From positions 1,088,001 to 1,152,000 of the forward strand of contig CBDBLO010000002.1 of the NCBI GenBank assembly GCA_965207075.1: DNA of 64,000 nt, read 5' to 3'. This DNA comes from Nitrosopumilus sp. GTDB taxonomy: Archaea > Thermoproteota > Nitrososphaeria > Nitrososphaerales > Nitrosopumilaceae. Each line of letters opens with the position of its first letter. Within the stretch, counting starts at the first letter, position 1. Made by a program: the position numbers and the translations under genes. The notes below the pieces were generated by a model. That model saw nothing but the letters and a program-made list of their open reading frames with translations. It was not told the origin of the DNA and made no database searches. Below are positions 59,163 through 64,000 of this stretch, piece by piece.

Positions 59163-59363
59163 ATGAAAACGTCATCCACAGACGAGCCGCGCGTCATGTC
59201 CCGACACGTGCGGTCTGCCAGCGTCCCGGGACGCACATATTTGGTGGAGATCAACTTGGACACCCGGCGCGGACAGTGCCAGTGCCTCGGCTATCTTTTC
59301 AGGGGCAGGTGCCGCCACGTCAGCGAGATGCTGGATGAGTACGCCGCGGCACCGCCGGAATGA
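59163..59363 (+). CDS. SWIM zinc-finger microprotein
   Basis: V.S...TYLV...CQC..YLFRGRCRHV. Confidence 0.75.
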   Translation: MKTSSTDEPRVMSRHVRSASVPGRTYLVEINLDTRRGQCQCLGYLFRGRCRHVSEMLDEYAAAPPE

Positions 59364-59404
59364 CCGCGCGGTCGGAAAAAACGCGCCTTTAAGCCGCTCC
59401 CAGC

Positions 59405-62400
59405 TTGGATTTCATGGGATGGCGTCTTGCAAACCGCAGGCAGCCCGCGGGCGCGCTGCTGGACGCGCCGGGGTTCGCGTCGGTCGTTGGCATGGGCGGC
59501 GAGCTGCGCGCCCGCCGCGTGAGCGTGCCGACGGAGGTCGACGTGCAACGGGCGCTGGAGAACGCCGGCGGGCTGGCGTCAGACGGCATCAGGTCGCTCG
59601 AGTTCTGGTGGGACAATCCCGGCCGGCGGCTGGACGTCGTACTGGTCGCGGAGCGGGGCGACATGCCGGCCTACGAGCAGGACTTTGCCGCGACGTACGT
59701 GAACGCAACGTTTGACGACTGCCCGGTTTACCCGGAGTGGTACGACCGCAGGTACTACGAGGAGGAGGCGGCCCTGGACGGGGGCGGCAGGGAGGCCGCC
59801 GCCGCAATACTGCGCGGGAACGGGCGCGCGGACGCGCCGGCGGACAGCGCGGACGGAGGCGGGGACGAATTGGGGGAGGGGGAGGAAGGCTCAGAGTACG
59901 CCGCCAGGGAGCACGCCGGCCTGGAGTGCACCGTCTTTGACGTGGGGTACCGCCACGGACACTTCCAGGCCGCGTTTGACACGCGCACAAAGCACGACAC
60001 GATCACGCAGGTGTCGTCGGTCATGCAGCTTGCCCGGTACGGCTGGCTGCAGCTGGTGTTCTGCAAGGCCGACCTCACCCGGGAACTGCAGTCGCTTGCC
60101 GCCGCCATGAAGTCAAAGTATGCGGAGGTCACGGAGTCCAAGCACCAGTCCACCTCGGACATGCTGCTCTCCACCTCCCCGGAGGCCAAGATGCGCGACC
60201 ACCCGGAGAAGAAGGGCGACTTTGCCGCGTACTACCAGTCGCTGCAGTCGTACCTGGTGCAGAAGCTGCAGGACGAGCAGGCCGTGGTGTCGGTGCGGGG
60301 GCTGCTGGAATCCGAGCACAAGGTGCGGCTGGACTGGAGCGGCGTCAGCGCCGCGCAGGCGCAGGGGAGCAGCCTCGACCACCTGACGGCAAACGAGTAC
60401 GGGTATGCGGAGTTCGTGGGGCTGCGCAAACGGAAGAACAAAGGCGGCGGCGGGCTGTTCGGGCGCCGCGCAAAGGCCGTCCCGGCCGCCGAGCCGCCCC
60501 CACCGCCCGAGCCGAAGTACCGCTGGGAACCTGACATCACGCTGCGCATAGACGGCAAGAAGCGCAAGCACCGCACGCGCCTCGAGATATTCGAGCACAG
60601 GCTGCTGCCCGACGTGTCCGCCCTGCGCCGCCCGGTCTCCAAGTACGTGTCAAAGCGCCTGCTCGGCGGCTACGGCACTCGCATGTCGCCGCCCTTCATA
60701 CTGATGACCCTGCCCGAGCTGGGCCTGCTGCTCAGGCTGCCCGATACGGACGCCACCCCGAACCTCACGATAACCCGGCAGCAGGTACTGCCCAAGCAGC
60801 CGCAGCAGGCAAAATCCGGGTTCTGCCTGGGCTTCTTCGAGCGCAAAACTTCGGTCGGGATGGCCGCGGAGATGCCAGACCTGGACGGCTGGGACGGGGA
60901 GCCCGGCGCTCCTGCGAACGGCCGCCAGTACGAGGACGACGGGGAGGACGTCCACGCCGAGCCGGTCCCGGCGGAGGCGACATCTGCTGGCGCGGGCGCC
61001 GGCGAATGGTGGAGGGGCGAGTTCGGCGTGGACGGGCAACAGGCTGCCGCCGGGGACGACATCCGGGCGGCGGCCACCGGCGGATCCACCGGCTCCCCAG
61101 CGGGACGCGCGTCCGCCGGCGACGGCGGCGATGCGGACGCGTGGTGGAGGGGCGAGTTTGACATACCCGACTCCGCGTCCGCGCGTGAACCCGCACCCGC
61201 CGCCGACCCCGGTTCCGCCCCCGCCCCCGCCCCCGCGGAGCTTGGCCGCGACGACGCGCTTCTCCCTGTGCCCGTTCCCGACCCCGAGCCGGACGCGGAA
61301 CAGGGGGGGCAGGAGCCCGGGATTACCGCCCCCCTGCCGGACATGTTCGGCCAGCCGGGGCTCGGGGCGTCGGTAATGCAGGGCGTCGTGCTGTCCCCCG
61401 AGGACCTGCAGACGCACATCTACATTACGGGCGGCACCAAGTCGGGCAAGACCACGATCATCCGCGACATAGGAAAGCATTTGGAACTCGCCAACCTGCG
61501 CGGGACGTTCCCCAACGCGTTCATATTCATCGACCCCAAGGGCTCCGATTCCTACGACTTTCTGCGGCAGTGCGAGCCGGAGTCGTACGACGCTGGCAAC
61601 GTGACCTTTCTCGACCCCATAGAGACGAAGTTTTCAATCAACGTGCTGGAGCTGCCGTCCTACGACGGCCCGGAGGACAGGCAGGTCGTCGTGTCGCAGT
61701 ACGTCGGCTACATCATGAAGATGATCGAGTACTGGTACCACGGGTCCGACGCGTTCGTCAGATTGAAGCGCATACTCGACACGCTCCTGCAGTACGTGTA
61801 TCTGAGCAACGACAAGCCCACCTTTCTCGACGTGTACGAGATCATAGTGAGCATGCAGCAGAAAGGCGAGGACATGCTGACCCGCATGTTCAAGGAGCTG
61901 GGGGTGCCGGAGGACGTATTGAAGCAGGCCATACAGTCTGTGGCCAACATGGACAAGCAGGCGTACGAGCCAGCTTTGAACAGGCTTGAGAAGTTCGCCA
62001 CCGACCCCATATTGCGGCACATGTTCTGCGTGAGGGAGTCGACCGTGCGCTTTGAGGACATGATCAAGGCCGGCTCCTACACGATCATCAGGATGTCGAA
62101 CCTGTCAATCCCGGAGCACATCATCACGCTGACCAAGCAGACGCTGGTGATCAAGCTGTGGTTCGCCATACAGGAGAGGGCGAACAAGGTAAAGCTGGAG
62201 TCCGAGCGCACGCAGGTGCTCCTGGCGCTCGACGAGTTCCAGGACTTGGCGGGCCTGCCGGTCATAGAGTCCATGCTCACGCAGGCCCGGTCGTACGGGC
62301 TGGGGCTGCTGCTCGCCCACCAGTCCAGCATGCAGCTGGAGGACAGCCTCTTTGAAATCATACTGGGAAACGCCGGCACGCAGTTCGTCGGGCGCGTGTC

Positions 62401-63442
62401 CGGAAAGGACGCCGCGAGGTTCGGCGACGCGTGGGATCCCTCGTACTCGAAGGAACTAAAGTCGCAGCTTGCCACGCAGGAGTACCACCACTGGACGGCG
62501 CGCATGGTCGCGGGCGGCGGCGAGTCCCAGCCCCTGCCCGTGCAGTTCTGGCCCGTGTACATTCCCCCGCGCAGGAGGTCCGAGCAGTTTTTGTCGGAGT
62601 TCATAGCTTGGCAGAAGCGGAAGTACGGCAGCGGCGAGGTGGGCGTGTCCATGATGCGCGAGGCCGAGAACAAGTCGACGAAGTGGCTGGACAACGTACC
62701 GTACATGCCGCCCTCGCGCGACGACTGGGAGCTGATGTGCGTCCTGAAGGAGGCGGGCACCTCCCTCATACTCAAGAAGGTGGTAGAGCGTTTCCGCGGC
62801 GGCACGACGGCGTCCGACACGGTGGCCGGCATATTGAGTGAAATGACAAAGAAGAAGCTTGCCGCCCGCGACGGCCGCAAGTACATGCTGCCGCATGACG
62901 TGTCCGACAAGTACCTTACGTTCGACCCGACCGCCATCGGCACGTCGGAGGACATCCCGCTCTCCACGGATACGGCCGTCAGGTATTACCTGGGACGCCG
63001 TCACTTCCTATGCGTGGCGTCGCAGAAGGTGCGCAAGGGCAGGTACCGGACCGACCTCGTGGCCTACGACTACGCTTCGGACGCGTCCATAAGCGTCGAG
63101 ATAGAGTCGTCCGCGGAGGTGCACCGACACCCGGAGCACGTCAAGCTTAACATGACAAAGTGGCGGGAACTGGGGTTCGAGCGGTGCCACGTGTGGTCGA
63201 CGCACCCGGGCATCCGCGACATATACGAGGGGCTGACCGGCGAGCAGAGGGAGGGTGTGGAAGTGTTCCTGGTGGGCGGGGGTAGTAGTGGCGGTGGTGA
63301 CGGCGACGGAGTGGTCTCCCCGGACCAGTCCGATCCATCCGACCCACCACCACCACTGCAAAAACTATACGGACGGCGCCAGGAGCCCGACGCGGCCGGC
63401 AATGCCGGTGACGGCAGCAGTGACGTCGCCGATAGCAACTGA
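59405..63442 (+). CDS. VirD4/TraG/HerA-like P-loop ATPase with C-terminal wHTH + PD-(D/E)xK-like region
   Basis: HIYITGGTKSGKT, IDPKG, LALDEFQD, QARSYGLGLLLAHQ, ILGNAG; C-terminal RTDLVA...VEIES. Start uncertain. Confidence 0.8.
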   Translation: MDFMGWRLANRRQPAGALLDAPGFASVVGMGGELRARRVSVPTEVDVQRALENAGGLASDGIRSLEFWWDNPGRRLDVVLVAERGDMPAYEQDFAATYVNATFDDCPVYPEWYDRRYYEEEAALDGGGREAAAAILRGNGRADAPADSADGGGDELGEGEEGSEYAAREHAGLECTVFDVGYRHGHFQAAFDTRTKHDTITQVSSVMQLARYGWLQLVFCKADLTRELQSLAAAMKSKYAEVTESKHQSTSDMLLSTSPEAKMRDHPEKKGDFAAYYQSLQSYLVQKLQDEQAVVSVRGLLESEHKVRLDWSGVSAAQAQGSSLDHLTANEYGYAEFVGLRKRKNKGGGGLFGRRAKAVPAAEPPPPPEPKYRWEPDITLRIDGKKRKHRTRLEIFEHRLLPDVSALRRPVSKYVSKRLLGGYGTRMSPPFILMTLPELGLLLRLPDTDATPNLTITRQQVLPKQPQQAKSGFCLGFFERKTSVGMAAEMPDLDGWDGEPGAPANGRQYEDDGEDVHAEPVPAEATSAGAGAGEWWRGEFGVDGQQAAAGDDIRAAATGGSTGSPAGRASAGDGGDADAWWRGEFDIPDSASAREPAPAADPGSAPAPAPAELGRDDALLPVPVPDPEPDAEQGGQEPGITAPLPDMFGQPGLGASVMQGVVLSPEDLQTHIYITGGTKSGKTTIIRDIGKHLELANLRGTFPNAFIFIDPKGSDSYDFLRQCEPESYDAGNVTFLDPIETKFSINVLELPSYDGPEDRQVVVSQYVGYIMKMIEYWYHGSDAFVRLKRILDTLLQYVYLSNDKPTFLDVYEIIVSMQQKGEDMLTRMFKELGVPEDVLKQAIQSVANMDKQAYEPALNRLEKFATDPILRHMFCVRESTVRFEDMIKAGSYTIIRMSNLSIPEHIITLTKQTLVIKLWFAIQERANKVKLESERTQVLLALDEFQDLAGLPVIESMLTQARSYGLGLLLAHQSSMQLEDSLFEIILGNAGTQFVGRVSGKDAARFGDAWDPSYSKELKSQLATQEYHHWTARMVAGGGESQPLPVQFWPVYIPPRRRSEQFLSEFIAWQKRKYGSGEVGVSMMREAENKSTKWLDNVPYMPPSRDDWELMCVLKEAGTSLILKKVVERFRGGTTASDTVAGILSEMTKKKLAARDGRKYMLPHDVSDKYLTFDPTAIGTSEDIPLSTDTAVRYYLGRRHFLCVASQKVRKGRYRTDLVAYDYASDASISVEIESSAEVHRHPEHVKLNMTKWRELGFERCHVWSTHPGIRDIYEGLTGEQREGVEVFLVGGGSSGGGDGDGVVSPDQSDPSDPPPPLQKLYGRRQEPDAAGNAGDGSSDVADSN

Positions 63443-63473
63443 CTGTCGCGAGATGCCTCGGTCCTGAACGCGG

Positions 63474-63950
63474 CTACGGGGTGAACGCCCCTCCCCCTTC
63501 CATTCGCGGCGGCCTTGACGGCGGCCGCGTCAACCCGCGCTTCTCCAGGGCCTCTTTGACCTCCGGTATAAGCCACACGTACTGCACGTGCACGCAGGTG
63601 TACTCCTCGCAGTATTCACACCACGCGTCCTCGCCGGAAAACACCACCCGTATGATCCTGCCAAGCGGCTCCACCCTGTTGTCCAGTATGCTGACGGTGT
63701 CGTCGACCTTCTCCATGAGGGTGAAACGCTTGGCCTCTATCTTGCCCAGCAACTCGCGCACCGACATCTCGAGGAACTCCGCCTGGTTGGTCAGCCCCAT
63801 CTCCTGTGCGGTGGTCGTCCTCAACGCCCGCCTCACCTGCAGCAGCAGTGGAATCTTCATGCTGACCGACGTCCAGTTCCTATTGGCATCTTCGTCACCT
63901 TTACTCTTGGCGCCCTTGCTCTTGGCGCCCTTAACACTACTCCCCTCCAT
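63474..63950 (-). CDS. RHH-like + CxxC...CxH protein, homolog of 28208..28597
   Basis: WTSVSMK..., FLEMSVRELL, WCEYCEEYTCVHVQY. Confidence 0.7.
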   Translation of the reverse strand: MEGSSVKGAKSKGAKSKGDEDANRNWTSVSMKIPLLLQVRRALRTTTAQEMGLTNQAEFLEMSVRELLGKIEAKRFTLMEKVDDTVSILDNRVEPLGRIIRVVFSGEDAWCEYCEEYTCVHVQYVWLIPEVKEALEKRGLTRPPSRPPRMEGGGAFTP

Positions 63951-64000
63951 CGCGTATGATACGTCAGAGGTTTATTTATCTTTAATGTAAATGTACGTGA

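Larger units (their letters stand above)
39780..64000. mobile_element. Probable integrative (conjugative-type) element; right end lies outside the window
   Basis: Core genes stop at the tyrosine recombinase. It is followed by small orphan ORFs, an SF2 helicase, a pilin-like ORF, a VirD4/HerA-like ATPase and RHH genes. No att repeat seen; boundaries approximate. Confidence 0.7.

Noticed and set aside
39833-64000. Provirus
   Set aside because: No capsid, terminase or portal gene recognisable in the window; it cannot be excluded beyond the window end

Overview
High-GC archaeal DNA; the gene set looks like Nitrososphaerota/Nitrosopumilaceae, and a host-associated (e.g. sponge-symbiont) lifestyle is an inference only. 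There are three blocks. (1) 1-26.9 kb: an accessory island of four modular surface-protein genes (LVIVD, DUF5011 Ig-like, FN3, PKD, DUF285/BspA-type and P-domain repeats), with a DUF5678 + retropepsin pair, a degenerate tRNA-Val-like sequence, an HExxH peptidase, a frameshifted single-ORF IS66 with intact TIRs and an 8-bp TSD, and other IS remnants. (2) 26.9-39.7 kb: core-like genes (trxB, thi4, sulfite reductase, rhodanese, TPR protein, collagen-like protein, a Lys-rich AT-hook-like repeat protein, DRG GTPase). (3) 39.8 kb to the window end: a probable integrative/conjugative element. It carries a tyrosine recombinase, a ~12 kb co-oriented, stop/start-overlapped array of ~30 mostly Cys/His-rich microproteins around an SF2 helicase, PyrD-like and PfkB cargo, an ART-like ORF, a pilin-like ORF, RHH regulators and a VirD4/HerA-like ATPase with a C-terminal wHTH + nuclease-like extension. 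The best candidates for an undescribed system are the Zn-finger microprotein array and the ATPase-nuclease fusion. All family calls come from reading motifs by eye; no searches were run.
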